Part shown: positions 28,030-38,960 of the stretch, piece after piece
Numbering within the stretch: the first letter of the stretch is position 1
How the letters are laid out: each line of letters opens with the position of its first letter
Origin: Bryobacterales bacterium
GTDB lineage: Bacteria > Acidobacteriota > Terriglobia > Bryobacterales > UBA6623
Length of the DNA: 64,000 nt
NCBI GenBank assembly: GCA_963666225.3
Contig: CAXXRK020000007.1
Coordinates: 29,199 to 93,198, forward strand
Direction of reading: 5' to 3'
Notes under the pieces: model-generated
What the model was told of the DNA's origin: nothing
Database searches by the model: none
Seen by the model: the letters and a program-made list of their open reading frames with translations, nothing else
Translations under genes and position numbers: made by a program

Positions 28030-28827
28030 ATGAAGGATCAACGCAAACAGATCACCGCGGGCAGGGCTCTGCCGGCCTTGCTAGCGACGGCGCTTCTGGC
28101 GCTGGTCCCGGCGGGCGCGCTGGGACAGGAAGACCAATCCCAGCAGAGGCGAAGCCCCCGCGTCGAGTTCGAGCGCTTCGCCATCGGCGTGCGCCTCGGC
28201 TACCAGATCACGGCTCAGATCACGGAGGGCAGGAATGAGCAGACGAGCACTTCCACCAACCCGCCCACCAAGTTCACGGCCACTTCCGAGCCACAGCAGG
28301 ACAACTGGGGCCTTGGTGCCGGCGTTCAGGTCAACCTGCTGCCCCGCTGGGGCGTCACCGCCGACCTGATCGCGCACAGCATTCGCTTCAAGACCGGCAC
28401 CCGGATCGAGCGCAATCAGACGGCCACGCGCTCCGCCCAGCTGCTCACCAGTGAGTTCCTCGTCACTGAGGCGAACCACTGGGACATCCCAGTGACCGTG
28501 CGGTACTACCTCAACGGTCCGCGCCAGCGCGCCCGCCCGTTCTTTTCCGGCGGTGTCGCCATGCGCATGGTGCGCAATGCCACGGCGCGGCGCGAGATCG
28601 GCAATCTGGACGGTGGCGAGAGCGAGTTTGTCGACGTCACGCCGGACGTGGCGAGCGACAGGTCGATGGGCCTGGTAGGCGGGATCGGCTTTGAGTTGAT
28701 CGACGATGTCAACCTCAAGCTGAGTGTCGAGGGCCGCTACATGCGCTGGCAGGAGAAGAGCTTCGAAATTGGCCTTGCGAACACGCTGCGCAATCACGTA
28801 GAGATCGTTCTAGGGCTGTCGTTCTAG
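28030..28827 (+). CDS. Outer-membrane beta-barrel protein (porin-like/OMP_b-brl)
   Basis: Signal peptide ending ALGQ, alternating beta-strand pattern and a C-terminal ...VEIVLGLSF with terminal Phe. Confidence 0.6.
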   Translation: MKDQRKQITAGRALPALLATALLALVPAGALGQEDQSQQRRSPRVEFERFAIGVRLGYQITAQITEGRNEQTSTSTNPPTKFTATSEPQQDNWGLGAGVQVNLLPRWGVTADLIAHSIRFKTGTRIERNQTATRSAQLLTSEFLVTEANHWDIPVTVRYYLNGPRQRARPFFSGGVAMRMVRNATARREIGNLDGGESEFVDVTPDVASDRSMGLVGGIGFELIDDVNLKLSVEGRYMRWQEKSFEIGLANTLRNHVEIVLGLSF

Positions 28828-28869
28828 GCACGGCGAGCCGGCCTGCTCCGCGCGGCCAGCGGCCGGGAG

Positions 28870-30969
28870 GTGGAAATGCCCAACAGGCTTGCTGGCGAGA
28901 CCAGCCCGTATCTGCTGCAACACGCACAAAACCCGGTTGATTGGTTCCCCTGGGGCGAGGAGGCGCTGGCCCTGGCGCGGCGCGAGGGCCGGCTGATCTT
29001 TCTCAGCATCGGGTACTCCGCCTGTCACTGGTGCCATGTCATGGAGCACGAGTCGTTCGAGGATCCCGGCGTGGCGGAGGAGTTGAACCGCTCCTTCGTC
29101 TCGATCAAGGTTGACCGCGAGGAGCGGCCCGACATTGACGAGATCTACATGGCGGCCACCATGCTGTTCTCTGGCGGGCACGGCGGGTGGCCGATGAGCG
29201 TCTTCCTGACGCCGGACTTGGAGCCTGTCTTCGCCGGGACCTACTTTCCCCCGCGTGACGCGCACGGCCGCCCGGGCTTCATGACCGTGCTCCGCTACCT
29301 GTCCGAGCGCTGGAGCGCCGATCGCGGAGCGCTCGTCGCCGATGCGGGGCGTGCGGCCGATGCGGTCCGGTCACTGATGGTGCCCCAGAGCCAGCCCTCC
29401 GCGCTGCCCGGCGGGGAATACACCGAGCGGGCCGCCTCCGCCATCCACCGCGCCTTCGACCACTCTAGCGGGGGCATTGCCAGCCAGGGGAACAAGTTTC
29501 CCCAGAGCCTGTCGCTCCAATTACTGCTCAGGGCATTCCAGACGACCGGAGAGGCACGTTTTCGCGAGGCCGTGGAACTGACCATCGAGCACATGTCCCA
29601 GGGGGGCATCTACGACCACCTGGGCGGGGGACTGCATCGCTACGCCACGGATCCGGAGTGGCTCGTCCCGCACTTCGAGAAGATGCTCTACGACCAAGCC
29701 CTGGTGGTGCTGGCCATTCTGGACGCATGGCAGGCATCCGGTGATGACGGGCGTCGCCGGCTCTTCGCGGCCAGAGTGCGGGGAATCTGCGACTACGTCC
29801 TCCGGGAACTGACCAGCCCCGATGGTGCCTTCTACAGCAGCGAGGATGCCGACAGCGAGGGGCAGGAGGGGAAGTTCTACGTCTGGACCCGCGCTGAGGT
29901 GGAGAGTGCCCTGAACGCGCGGGACGCCGCGCTGTTCTGCTCGCACTACGATGTCTCAGAGCACGGCAATTGGATGCATCCCGGGGATGCCCACGTGCCG
30001 CACGGGCCGAAGAATGTGCTCCAAGTCGTGCGGGAAGCGGACATCTTGGCACGTCTCGACGGCGTTGCCGTCGAGGCGGTGCGCGGCAGTCTGGAGCGCG
30101 CGCGCCGGACCCTGTTCGAACGGCGCGAGCGGCGCCCCCGGCCGGCATTGGACGACAAGGTGCTCACGGGTTGGAACGGCCTCATGGTCGCAGCCTTGGC
30201 CCGCGCCGCCGCCGTGCTTGACGAGCCGCGCTACGGCGAGGCAGCCGTGAAGGCCGCCGATTTCATCCTGCGGGAAGTGTCGCGGGACGGACGCTTGCTC
30301 ACCACTCACAGCCGGGGCCGGTCGCACCTCGCGGCCTATAGCACCGATTACGCCTTCATGGTTTGGGGGCTGGTCAGCGCTTACGAGTGGGACGCGGACC
30401 CGCGCCACCTGCTGGATGCGGAGCGTCTCACGGACACGCTCGTCGAGCATTACTGGGATGCCGACGGGGGCGGCTTCTTCCTGACTCCATCGGACCACGA
30501 GCCATTGCTCGTTCGCTCGAAGACATCGCACGACGGGGCGACACCGTCCGCAAACTCGGTCATGGCGCTCGCGCTGCAACCGCTCGCAGTGCTCTTGGAT
30601 CGCCCGGACTATCGCCAGAAGGCAGGCGTGATATTGGAGGCGTTCCTTGACTCCTCGGCTCGCTCCGTCTTCCAGCAGGAGCTGCTCTGCTGCGCGCTGG
30701 ACGCTTGGCACAGGGGCTGGGACGAGATCGTCCTCGTCGGCCCCGATTCCGACCCCCGGATGCGGGCCATGCTGGCCCAAGTCCACGGCCGCTACCTTCC
30801 GAACAAGGTGGTCGTTCGGGAGGCCCGCCCAGACCTGCCGGGATCCGGCCGCATAGGGCCGCTCGCAGGCAAGGACCCCGTGAACGGCCTTCCAACGGTC
30901 TACTTCTGTCGCGACGGAGCCTGTCAGTTGCCCATCACCGATCCGGAGCGGCTGTTTCGGGCGGACTGA
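28870..30969 (+). CDS. Thioredoxin-domain protein of the DUF255/YyaL (SSP411-like) family with (alpha/alpha)6 C-terminal domain
   Basis: [29 protein letters not shown]...[21 protein letters not shown] is the family N-terminus. Confidence 0.85.
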   Translation: MEMPNRLAGETSPYLLQHAQNPVDWFPWGEEALALARREGRLIFLSIGYSACHWCHVMEHESFEDPGVAEELNRSFVSIKVDREERPDIDEIYMAATMLFSGGHGGWPMSVFLTPDLEPVFAGTYFPPRDAHGRPGFMTVLRYLSERWSADRGALVADAGRAADAVRSLMVPQSQPSALPGGEYTERAASAIHRAFDHSSGGIASQGNKFPQSLSLQLLLRAFQTTGEARFREAVELTIEHMSQGGIYDHLGGGLHRYATDPEWLVPHFEKMLYDQALVVLAILDAWQASGDDGRRRLFAARVRGICDYVLRELTSPDGAFYSSEDADSEGQEGKFYVWTRAEVESALNARDAALFCSHYDVSEHGNWMHPGDAHVPHGPKNVLQVVREADILARLDGVAVEAVRGSLERARRTLFERRERRPRPALDDKVLTGWNGLMVAALARAAAVLDEPRYGEAAVKAADFILREVSRDGRLLTTHSRGRSHLAAYSTDYAFMVWGLVSAYEWDADPRHLLDAERLTDTLVEHYWDADGGGFFLTPSDHEPLLVRSKTSHDGATPSANSVMALALQPLAVLLDRPDYRQKAGVILEAFLDSSARSVFQQELLCCALDAWHRGWDEIVLVGPDSDPRMRAMLAQVHGRYLPNKVVVREARPDLPGSGRIGPLAGKDPVNGLPTVYFCRDGACQLPITDPERLFRAD

Positions 30970-31071
30970 AGCGTGCCGCCACCGGGGGACCGCCCGCAGC
31001 GGCAAGGGGCCGGCACGCACACCGACGGGGAAGCCGAGCGCGGCGGCGATCGCCCCGCCGCGGAAATTCCG

Positions 31072-31482
31072 GTGACGATCCGTGCGGCGCGGCATGGGGA
31101 AATGCCCCTGATTCGCAAGCTCATAGCCCTGTTTCCCCGCGAGCTGCTCCAGGCGCAGCTACCGCGGATTTCCTCATTCTTCGTCGCCGCGCGTGGCGGA
31201 GCGATTGTCGGCTGCTGTGCCCTCGAGGTGTATTCCGAGCGCTTGGCCGAAGTGCGGAGTCTGGCCGTGCGGCCGGACTGCGCGGGGCGGGGGATTGGCG
31301 GGCTGCTGGTGAGGGCCTGCCTCGGGCGAGCCCGGCAGCGGGGTGTCCGGCAGCTGTTGGCCGTCACGAGCGAGCCGTCCTTCTTCGAGAATCACGGGTT
31401 CACGGTGCACGCGGGCTGGAAGACCGCGGTATTCGCTGACGTGTCCTCCGGTGACCAGGGTCCGGGTCGCGGGCAGGCTTGA
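31072..31482 (+). CDS. GNAT family N-acetyltransferase (ArgA-like small form)
   Basis: Acetyl-CoA motif LAVRPDCAGRGIGGLLVRACL...FFENHGF. Start uncertain (GTG 30973 or GTG 31072). Confidence 0.7.
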   Translation: MTIRAARHGEMPLIRKLIALFPRELLQAQLPRISSFFVAARGGAIVGCCALEVYSERLAEVRSLAVRPDCAGRGIGGLLVRACLGRARQRGVRQLLAVTSEPSFFENHGFTVHAGWKTAVFADVSSGDQGPGRGQA

Positions 31483-31542
31483 GTCGGCGCTGTCGGCGCT
31501 GTGCAACCATAAGGGGCAACCGAGAGGGAGTTGCCGGGCGCA

Positions 31543-32028
31543 ATGACTTGGAATCGCGTGACCGTCTGGGGCGGGCTGTTGGGCGCCGCGATCGTCGCGG
31601 GCGCGATCATCGGCTACAACTGGGGGGCCACACCCCGTCTTGACGGCCACATCACGGACGTGCGGACGCTCGGGATGGATGCTTACAACTCGGTGGCAAT
31701 CGTCAACATCATGGCGGTCAATACGTCCAATCGCGAGTTGGCGATCAACTTCCGCGAGGTCGATGTCACGGACGAGGCTGGCGCCGTACGGCGCGGGCGG
31801 ATTCTCAGCGTGTTCGACATCGAGCAGCTTTTCAAGTACTACCCGGCGCTGGGAGGGATGCGAGACGAGCCTCTCTTGGCCAACCGGTACGTCGCGCCCG
31901 GCGAGACATTGCGCGGATTGGTTGCCGCGCGCTTCGACATGCCCAAGCACATCCTTGACATGCGAGAGGCCATTGTGTTCCGCACGGTCGACAACCGGAA
32001 TCGCAGCGTGGAGCTGAGGCCCGAATAG
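31543..32028 (+). CDS. Hypothetical membrane-anchored protein
   Basis: Single TM helix (VWGGLLGAAIVAGAIIGY) followed by a beta-rich domain. No family recognised. Confidence 0.45.
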   Translation: MTWNRVTVWGGLLGAAIVAGAIIGYNWGATPRLDGHITDVRTLGMDAYNSVAIVNIMAVNTSNRELAINFREVDVTDEAGAVRRGRILSVFDIEQLFKYYPALGGMRDEPLLANRYVAPGETLRGLVAARFDMPKHILDMREAIVFRTVDNRNRSVELRPE

Positions 32029-32046
32029 CGGGCCGACTGACCAGCC

Positions 32047-32403
32047 GTGTACAGCGACGTTCTGCTGGACCACTTCCGCAATCCCCGGCGGGTTGGATCG
32101 CTCGAGCCGCCCGCCGTGACGGTCGAGGTGGAGAATCCGGTGTGCGGAGACATCTTGAGGCTCTCGGCAATCGCCGAGGGCGGATTCGTGCGTGACACGC
32201 GGTTCCGGGTGAGAGGCTGCACGGCATCGATCGCCGCTGGGTCGGTCCTCGCAGAGATGCTCGTCGGGCGCTCGCTCTCCCGACTGCGGCAAATCAGCGC
32301 CAGTGACGTCGAGCGGGAGCTGGACGGGCTTCCGAACGAGTCCAAGCATGCCGCGCGGCTGGCCGTTGACGCAGCCGCCGCTCTGGCGGTTCGCCTGGCT
32401 TGA
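32047..32403 (+). CDS. NifU N-terminal/IscU-like Fe-S cluster scaffold protein
   Basis: LLDHFRNPRRVGSL...NPVCGDILRL...RGCTASIAAGS...ESKHAARLA carries the three scaffold cysteines. GTG start. Confidence 0.75.
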   Translation: MYSDVLLDHFRNPRRVGSLEPPAVTVEVENPVCGDILRLSAIAEGGFVRDTRFRVRGCTASIAAGSVLAEMLVGRSLSRLRQISASDVERELDGLPNESKHAARLAVDAAAALAVRLA

Positions 32404-32436
32404 CGCGGCCCGTGACGGGCCGCCGGCCGGTCCGGG

Positions 32437-33774
32437 CTATGCCGGGGCGCGCCGCTCTCGGAAGATCCCCACGAAGAGTGCCAGCACCAGGGCCGACAGT
32501 GCCGCCGGCAGGGCCCAGACGGCCTGCCAGTCGATCAGCCGCTGCGCCTTATCCAGCACAGCGGACTGGTCCGCCCGCACGCTGTCGATCTCCTCGGGCG
32601 GAGCGCCGGCTTCCTCCAGCCTTGCGATTTGAGAGCCAATCTCTTGGATCTCCTCGCTCATCGCGAAGGCCTCGGGCGGTGTGTTGGCTTCTTCCCAGAC
32701 GCCGGCGACACGGGCTCCCACGAGCATCCCCAAGCCCAGGGTGAACAGCACCAGCATGCCCTGCGCCTGCGCCCGGATCTGAGGACGGGCCGCCATGTCC
32801 GTGTAGATCTGGCCGGTCACGAAGAGAAAGTCGTAGCAGATGCCGTGCAGGATGATCCCCGCGTACATCATCCAGATCACGGCGTCTGCCGTGCCCAGTG
32901 CAAACAGCGCGTAGCGCAGGACCCAGGCCAGCATGCCGATCGCCAGCATCCACTTCACGCCGAGACGCCGGAAGAAGAGTGGCATCAGCACCATGAAGAG
33001 AATTTCCGACACTTGGCCGTAGCTCATCGCCTGTGTGACATCCGAGATTCCGGCCAGCTGGACAGCCTTCGCGGCCAGTTGGAAGTAGAACGCCAGCGGG
33101 ATGCAGATCAGGAACGTGCTGACCATGAAGATGGCGAACGAACGCTTGCGGAACAATTCGAACGCGTCCGCTCCGGCAAGTTCCCGCAGGGTCGTGCTCT
33201 TGCCCTTCGACGGTGGCGGTGTGTGGGGGAGGGTCAGGCAGTAGAGCCCCATCAGAATCCCGGCGCCGCCGGTCAGCTGGAACATTTCGAGCTGGTCTCC
33301 CCAGCCGATCCAGGCCAGCAGGAAACCCGCCACGATCCAGCCAACCGTGCCAAACACCCGGATCAGCGGGAACTGCTTCTGAGAGTCGCTGACGTGATGC
33401 AGGGCGAGCGAGTTGGTGAGTGCCAGAGTCGGGAAGTAGCAAAGGGTGTGCCCTAGGAAGATCCAGTTGATTGTGCTCGGGGAAGCCGGAGCCGCCGGGT
33501 CCATCATCTCGGCTGCCAGGAACATGAAGCCCGCGCCCAGGATGTGCAGCCCGCACAGCATTCGCTCGGTGGCGAAGAACCGGTCGGCCACCATGCCGAC
33601 GAAGAATGGCGACAGGATGCAAGCGAGCGGGCCTACCGCGTAGGTCCATCCCAGATCACCCCCGCTAAAGCCAATCTTGACTAGGTACAGCGGCGCGCCC
33701 ACGTACCAAGCCCCCCAGACGAAAAACTGGAAGAACATCATGACGCAGAGTCGCGCCCCAGAGCTGCCGTGCAT
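32437..33774 (-). CDS. MFS transporter, nucleoside:H+ symporter (NupG/XapB-like) family
   Basis: MFFQFFVWGAWYV...PFFVGMVADRFF N-terminus typical of Nuc_H_symport, with about 12 TM helices. Start set at ATG 33774 inside ORF 32437..34032. Confidence 0.7.
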   Translation of the reverse strand: MHGSSGARLCVMMFFQFFVWGAWYVGAPLYLVKIGFSGGDLGWTYAVGPLACILSPFFVGMVADRFFATERMLCGLHILGAGFMFLAAEMMDPAAPASPSTINWIFLGHTLCYFPTLALTNSLALHHVSDSQKQFPLIRVFGTVGWIVAGFLLAWIGWGDQLEMFQLTGGAGILMGLYCLTLPHTPPPSKGKSTTLRELAGADAFELFRKRSFAIFMVSTFLICIPLAFYFQLAAKAVQLAGISDVTQAMSYGQVSEILFMVLMPLFFRRLGVKWMLAIGMLAWVLRYALFALGTADAVIWMMYAGIILHGICYDFLFVTGQIYTDMAARPQIRAQAQGMLVLFTLGLGMLVGARVAGVWEEANTPPEAFAMSEEIQEIGSQIARLEEAGAPPEEIDSVRADQSAVLDKAQRLIDWQAVWALPAALSALVLALFVGIFRERRAPA

Positions 33775-33915
33775 CGCCTCATTGTAGGGATGCGCGGGGG
33801 CTTGCCTCAGCGGAGTCCCGTTTGCGGCACTCTCGCGTGGCCCCGGAAGAGGTGGGCGTTTCTTGAAGCGTGCGAGCCACGGGCGGACGGCGTTCCGGTT
33901 CCGTAAGATGAGCCC

Positions 33916-34458
33916 ATGCAGCGTGCCGGTCGCCCTCCTTCGAGTTTGGCCGTGGACAAGCTCTACCAGTACGCGCTCCGGGCCCTGGGGCGCAGGCCGC
34001 ACACGGCCGCCGAGCTCCGGGCGAAGCTGCAACGGCGCTGCGTGGACGGGTCAGACGTGGAAGAGGTGCTCGACCGGCTGCGGGCCCAGAGCTATGTGGA
34101 CGACAACCAAGTTGCCGAGGCGCACTCTGAGTACCGCCGCGACCAATCCGGCCTCGGGCGTCGCCGCGTGCTCAGCGAGTTGCTGCGGCGGGGCGTGGAC
34201 GAGGGCACTGCCCAGAGAGCCGTGGCCGAGGCCTACCGTGGCACGGATGAGGTGCAGCTTGCGCGCAGGTTTCTCCGCCGCAAGCTTGGCAAGCCGCTGG
34301 GGCACGTCACGGTGGACGGCCGGCGCGAGCTGGGCCGGCTGTTCCGGGCCCTTGCCCGCGCCGGGTTCGGCCCGACCGTGTCATCGCAGGCACTGGCCGG
34401 CGTTTCCGCGGACCCTGAGCTGCTGGAGGCGTTCTCCGACGCATGCGTCCCCGAGTGA
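33916..34458 (+). CDS. recX: Recombination regulator RecX
   Basis: LYQYALRALGRRPHTAAELRAKLQRR...VLDRLRAQSYVDD... shows the three-repeat RecX architecture. Confidence 0.8.
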   Translation: MQRAGRPPSSLAVDKLYQYALRALGRRPHTAAELRAKLQRRCVDGSDVEEVLDRLRAQSYVDDNQVAEAHSEYRRDQSGLGRRRVLSELLRRGVDEGTAQRAVAEAYRGTDEVQLARRFLRRKLGKPLGHVTVDGRRELGRLFRALARAGFGPTVSSQALAGVSADPELLEAFSDACVPE

Positions 34459-34519
34459 CGCCCGCCTGCCCAGGGACGGCTTCCGCCTGTTAGCGTCACG
34501 GATGCCCCAGGTCTGAGAC

Positions 34520-35662
34520 ATGCTCGTCGCGGGGATCATGAGCGGGACGTCGGTTGACGGGATCGACGTCGCGATTGCCGAGATCGGCTGGAGGGGGGGC
34601 TCGCTGGATGTCGGGACCACCCGGTTCTGCGAGATCCCGTTTCCGCGCGGCATCCGGGAGCAAGTGCTCGCCGTGTCGGACGCGCGGGTCACGACGGGCC
34701 GCATCAGCCAGGTCCACTACTTGCTGGGCCGCGTCTTCGCCGACGCCCTGCTCGAGGCGCTTCGGAGATCCCGCATCGCGCCCCAGGACTTGGACCTTGT
34801 GGGATGCCATGGCCAGACCGTGTATCACCAGGGAACTCCGAGCCTCATCTGCGGTCACAGAGTCTCCAGCACGCTCCAGCTCGGGGAGGCCGCCTGCATC
34901 GCCCGGGCCGTCGGCAGGCCCGTCGTCTCAGATTTCCGGGCCGGTGACATCGCGGCCGGGGGCCAGGGCGCGCCGATCGTTCCCTTGGTCGATTACGCCC
35001 TTCTCCGGCACGCCAGACTGCACCGTGTAGCGCTCAACATCGGCGGGATCGCGAACCTGACGGGATTGCCGGCCGGTGGCGGTCCCGGAGATGTCTTCGC
35101 CTTCGACACCGGTCCGGGCAATATGATCTTGGATCAGGTCGCGGAGGCAGTGACGGGTGGGGCCCAACGCTACGACCGGGATGGGCGAATGGCCCTGGGC
35201 GGAAGACCCGACTTGGAGCTGTTGGAAGAGTTGCTCGGCGATCCTTGGTACTCCCTGAGTCCACCCAAGAGCACGGGTCGCGAGCGTTACGGTGAGGCAT
35301 TCGTGCGACCGTTGCTGGAGCGTGGCATTCCCCCGGAGCGGCTGATGGCGACCCTCGCGCAGGTCACAGTTCGCACGATCATCATTGCCATAGAGCGGTT
35401 CGTGATGCCTGCCATGGGTCTTGACGAGTTGCTGGTGTCGGGCGGGGGGTGGCGCAATCCCGCACTGATCGTCCCCTTGCGGGCGGGCCTTCCCGGCGTG
35501 CGCGTCCGGGGAACGGACGAGCTCGGAATCGGCACCGACGCCAAGGAAGCCCTGGCGATCGCCGTGATCGCCCATGAGACCTTCCACGGCCGACCGGCGA
35601 ACATTCCTTCGGCGACAGGCGCGGCGGTGCCGGCGATCTTGGGCAAGGTCACGCGGGCGTGA
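34520..35662 (+). CDS. anmK: Anhydro-N-acetylmuramic acid kinase
   Basis: N-terminus GIMSGTSVDGIDVAIAEI, plus internal GCHGQTVYH and GPGNMILD motifs. Confidence 0.9.
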   Translation: MLVAGIMSGTSVDGIDVAIAEIGWRGGSLDVGTTRFCEIPFPRGIREQVLAVSDARVTTGRISQVHYLLGRVFADALLEALRRSRIAPQDLDLVGCHGQTVYHQGTPSLICGHRVSSTLQLGEAACIARAVGRPVVSDFRAGDIAAGGQGAPIVPLVDYALLRHARLHRVALNIGGIANLTGLPAGGGPGDVFAFDTGPGNMILDQVAEAVTGGAQRYDRDGRMALGGRPDLELLEELLGDPWYSLSPPKSTGRERYGEAFVRPLLERGIPPERLMATLAQVTVRTIIIAIERFVMPAMGLDELLVSGGGWRNPALIVPLRAGLPGVRVRGTDELGIGTDAKEALAIAVIAHETFHGRPANIPSATGAAVPAILGKVTRA

Positions 35663-35683
35663 TGCGGGCAGAAGCCGCTGGCG

Positions 35684-37321
35684 CTACGGGCCGGCTGGCC
35701 GTCCGCCAAGCGCCAGTCTGGCCTCGCCAAGGGCGGCGCCGGCTTGGCGATCATCAGGGTTCCAGGCCAGCACGGCAATCAGGGCCCTGACCGCTATTTC
35801 GGCCCTGCCGTGGCGGAGGGCGAGCATTCCCAGCGCGCGCTGTGCGGGCACCATGCTGGGCGCCAGACTCGTCGCTTTCTCGAAGGCTTCCAGCGCCGCT
35901 TTCCAGGCTTCCGCGTCGGCCAGCGCCAGGCCCATTTCGAAGTGGGCCTCGGCACGGTCCGGGTTTAGCTCCAGGCAGTGCCCGAGCACTTCGATCGCCG
36001 CTTCCCTGTCTGACCCCAGCTGTCGCAGCGCGGATCCCAGCCGCAACTGGGCATCCTCGAAATCGGGGCTCGCCTCGGTCGCCTCGCGCAGCACGGCAAC
36101 TGCCGCGGCGAAGTCGCCGTGCTCCAGCAACTGCCGTCCTTGCTGCTCCATCAGGATGGATTGCCTCCGCTTCGCGGCCCGGTCCGCCACGACCACTGAT
36201 CGCTGCGAACTGGCTCGCGCGTCTTCGGGCCGACCGGCGCGCTGGTAGGCCTGGGCCAGATTGCGATGCGCCTTGACAAGGCTGCCGTCGATCCGGACCG
36301 CTTCCTCGAATTCCCGGATGGCGCCAGAAAGGTCGCCGATGCGCAGGAGCACAGTTCCGAGCGTGTTGCGCGTGTCCCCATCTCGCGGGGCGGCGGCGAG
36401 CGTGGCGCGCAGTTCTCTCGCCGCCCCTGCGAGGTCTTCCTGCCGCTGGAGGCTGACGCCAAGCGCGCGGCGGGCATCGGCGTAGTCCGGGCGGAGGTCC
36501 AGGGCGGCCCTGAACTGTTCCGCGGCTTCTGCGAGCGCGCCCGCCTTCGACAGCGCCAAGCCCAAGTTGTAGCGTGCCTCCGGGGATTGCGGAGCGAGCC
36601 CGACCGCCCTTTCCAGCGTGAGCGTTGCTTCTCCGGCCAGTTCTAGTTCCGCGAGAACTGTGCCCAGTGCCACCATCGCCCTTGCGTTATCCGGGTCCGC
36701 CTCGACCGCTGCCCTGAGGTGCTCGGCTGCCTCCTCGGCCCGGGCTTCGCGCTGCAGCAAGACTCCGAGGTTGTAACGTGCCTCCGCAAAGTCCGGGGCT
36801 TGGTCCAGCACAACTCGCAGCATCCGCTCCGCTCCTCGCGAGTCTCCCCGCTTGCTCAGCGCCGCGCTCAGCATGTAGCGAGCGGGCAGCATGCCCGGGC
36901 TCGCTCGGAGAGATTCGTGATAGGAGTCAATCGCAGCCGCTCCGCTTCCGCGGCGGTCCAAGGCCATGGCCCGGTGGAAGTGCGCTTCCGCAAAGTCCGG
37001 ATCAATCTCCACCGCTTGCTCGAAGTGGGAAAGGGCTTCCTCGAGTCGGCCGCGATCCGCCTGTACCTGGCCGATCGCCAGATGGGATCGCTTGTCTGAC
37101 GGGTCAGCTTGGAGGGCCGCGAACAATTGGCCAAGAGCCGCCTGAGGGCTCCCTTGCTCGATGTAGCGCAGCCCTCGCTCTCGGAACGCAGCGGCGGATT
37201 CCGCACCGGCCGAGCCCTGGGCGGCAGCTGCCGCGACAGCGAGAAGACCCGTGCCGGCCGCGCGCCAAAGCTGCCGCGCGCGGAAGAGTCGAGCTGCCGG
37301 CAGCGCAGTCTCAATCCCCAT
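35684..37321 (-). CDS. TPR repeat protein (exported)
   Basis: About 13 consecutive 34-aa TPR-like units (e.g. AEARYNLGVLLQREARAEEAAEHLRAAVEADPDN). Confidence 0.75.
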   Translation of the reverse strand: MGIETALPAARLFRARQLWRAAGTGLLAVAAAAAQGSAGAESAAAFRERGLRYIEQGSPQAALGQLFAALQADPSDKRSHLAIGQVQADRGRLEEALSHFEQAVEIDPDFAEAHFHRAMALDRRGSGAAAIDSYHESLRASPGMLPARYMLSAALSKRGDSRGAERMLRVVLDQAPDFAEARYNLGVLLQREARAEEAAEHLRAAVEADPDNARAMVALGTVLAELELAGEATLTLERAVGLAPQSPEARYNLGLALSKAGALAEAAEQFRAALDLRPDYADARRALGVSLQRQEDLAGAARELRATLAAAPRDGDTRNTLGTVLLRIGDLSGAIREFEEAVRIDGSLVKAHRNLAQAYQRAGRPEDARASSQRSVVVADRAAKRRQSILMEQQGRQLLEHGDFAAAVAVLREATEASPDFEDAQLRLGSALRQLGSDREAAIEVLGHCLELNPDRAEAHFEMGLALADAEAWKAALEAFEKATSLAPSMVPAQRALGMLALRHGRAEIAVRALIAVLAWNPDDRQAGAALGEARLALGGRPAGP

Positions 37322-37346
37322 CCCTGCGTGTCCGGCGGGTCCCGGC

Positions 37347-38960
37347 TTATGGCGAGCCCTCGCGCACGATCCGCAGCAGGCCGCGTTTCGCGAACTCTTG
37401 GCGATCTTGCTCCTTCTGCTGGCTGACCAGCGCGAGCAGTTCTCGGGCTCGCACCGCGTTCCCTCGCCTGCGGTGTGCCAGCGCTAGCTGGTAGGTAGCG
37501 GACACGTCGGACGGATCAATCTCCCGGGCTTGTTCCAAGTGCCGGATCGCCTCGTCGAACCGGCCCTGGTCGGCCAGGATCTTGCCCATGAGTAGGTGCG
37601 ACTGGAACATCCTCGGCTCCAGTGCGATCGATCTGCGCAGCGCGCCGACAGCTTCGGCCCCTTCCGGCGATCCGGGGTCGATCCCCGAGCGCTGCAGCGC
37701 CTCGGCCAGAAACCAGTGCACCAAGTGGTCATCGCCAGCCACTTTGCTCTGCTCCCGCAGCACTCTGACCGCGTCCGGGACGCGGTCCTGCTGCATCAGG
37801 ATCAGTCCGAGAGCCACGCCGGGAAGGCTCCGCTCGGGGTCCAGCTCCGCGGCTCGCGCGAATGACCGCTCCGCATCCGCGAATCGGCCCTTCATCGCCA
37901 GAGCAACGCCGCGCTGTATGTGCAGGCGGGGAGAGCCCACCAAGCGGTCGACGGCAATGTCCGCGATTTCAAGCCCCAGGTCGAAATTCTCGTGCTCGAG
38001 GCAGAGTGCGACGAGATCCACGTAGTTCGATCCATCTGACGGTCGCAGTTCGATCGCGTCTCGAAGGGCATTGTAGGCTTGCTCGGTTGCCCCGACTGCC
38101 TCGTAGGACCGCGACACAAGGTTCATGAGCTCGGCTTCGCGGTGCCCCTCGGCGATCAGGTGCTCGGCGACCCTTGCCGCCTCTCCGTGCTGGCCATCCC
38201 GCGCAAGGGCCAGAACCCGGTTAAACCCAACCTGATATGGCCCGGCCTCGGCACCGCGGCTGCGCTGAAACGCAACCGCGGCTGCTCCGAAAGCCTCCAG
38301 CGTTGCCAGCTGGAGGCCGGCCTCGTAATGAAGGTCGGGACTGGCCGCCGCCGGCAGCCGCTTGAGGGCCGACAGCGCCTTGTCCGGATGGCCGCTGCCG
38401 GCCAGGGCTCTGGCGTACTTGACCAGCAGGGCCGGGTCGCGAATCACGACATCGCCCGCAAGCGCGAAGTGGCGCGCCGCATCCCCGAAGCGCGACTCGC
38501 GAAGGGCGATCTGCGCAAGCCCCGCGTTGGCGAGCTGGGCCCCTCCCTGCGTGGCGCTGAGGCGCTCGAGATACGGCGCCGCGGATGCAGGCGAATCCCC
38601 CGCGAGCAGGCTTAGGGCCAGATTCTTCAGCGCGGACCCATATGACGGATCAATGTCAAGCGCCCTGCGGAACGCCGCTTCTGCCTGGGCCCGCTCGCCC
38701 GCGGAGGACAAAGCCACGCCCAGTGCATTCGCGAGTCGGGAATTGTCCGGGATCGCCTCGGCAAGCTCGTGGAGAACTTCCGCGGCTTCGCCCCAGTGCC
38801 CTTGACGCATCAGCGCCTCAGCCCGGCGATACTCTGCCTGGGGGGAAGTGTCGCCCTGCGCATTGGTGACGGCGAGCGCAGTCACAAAGAACGCGGTCCC
38901 GGCCGCCAGCCGTGAAAGTGTCCCGCGCGGCACCGGTGGCACGTGCATGGCCTCTGGCAC
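37347..38960 (-). CDS. TPR repeat protein (exported)
   Basis: Hydrophobic leader followed by repeated TPR units. Lies 25 nt upstream of the next TPR gene on the same strand. Confidence 0.75.
   Translation of the reverse strand: MPEAMHVPPVPRGTLSRLAAGTAFFVTALAVTNAQGDTSPQAEYRRAEALMRQGHWGEAAEVLHELAEAIPDNSRLANALGVALSSAGERAQAEAAFRRALDIDPSYGSALKNLALSLLAGDSPASAAPYLERLSATQGGAQLANAGLAQIALRESRFGDAARHFALAGDVVIRDPALLVKYARALAGSGHPDKALSALKRLPAAASPDLHYEAGLQLATLEAFGAAAVAFQRSRGAEAGPYQVGFNRVLALARDGQHGEAARVAEHLIAEGHREAELMNLVSRSYEAVGATEQAYNALRDAIELRPSDGSNYVDLVALCLEHENFDLGLEIADIAVDRLVGSPRLHIQRGVALAMKGRFADAERSFARAAELDPERSLPGVALGLILMQQDRVPDAVRVLREQSKVAGDDHLVHWFLAEALQRSGIDPGSPEGAEAVGALRRSIALEPRMFQSHLLMGKILADQGRFDEAIRHLEQAREIDPSDVSATYQLALAHRRRGNAVRARELLALVSQQKEQDRQEFAKRGLLRIVREGSP

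Noticed and set aside
33775-33915. Possible riboswitch or regulatory RNA in the divergent recX/nucleoside-transporter intergenic region
   Set aside because: No recognisable conserved riboswitch core, and the region is short enough to be just two promoters.
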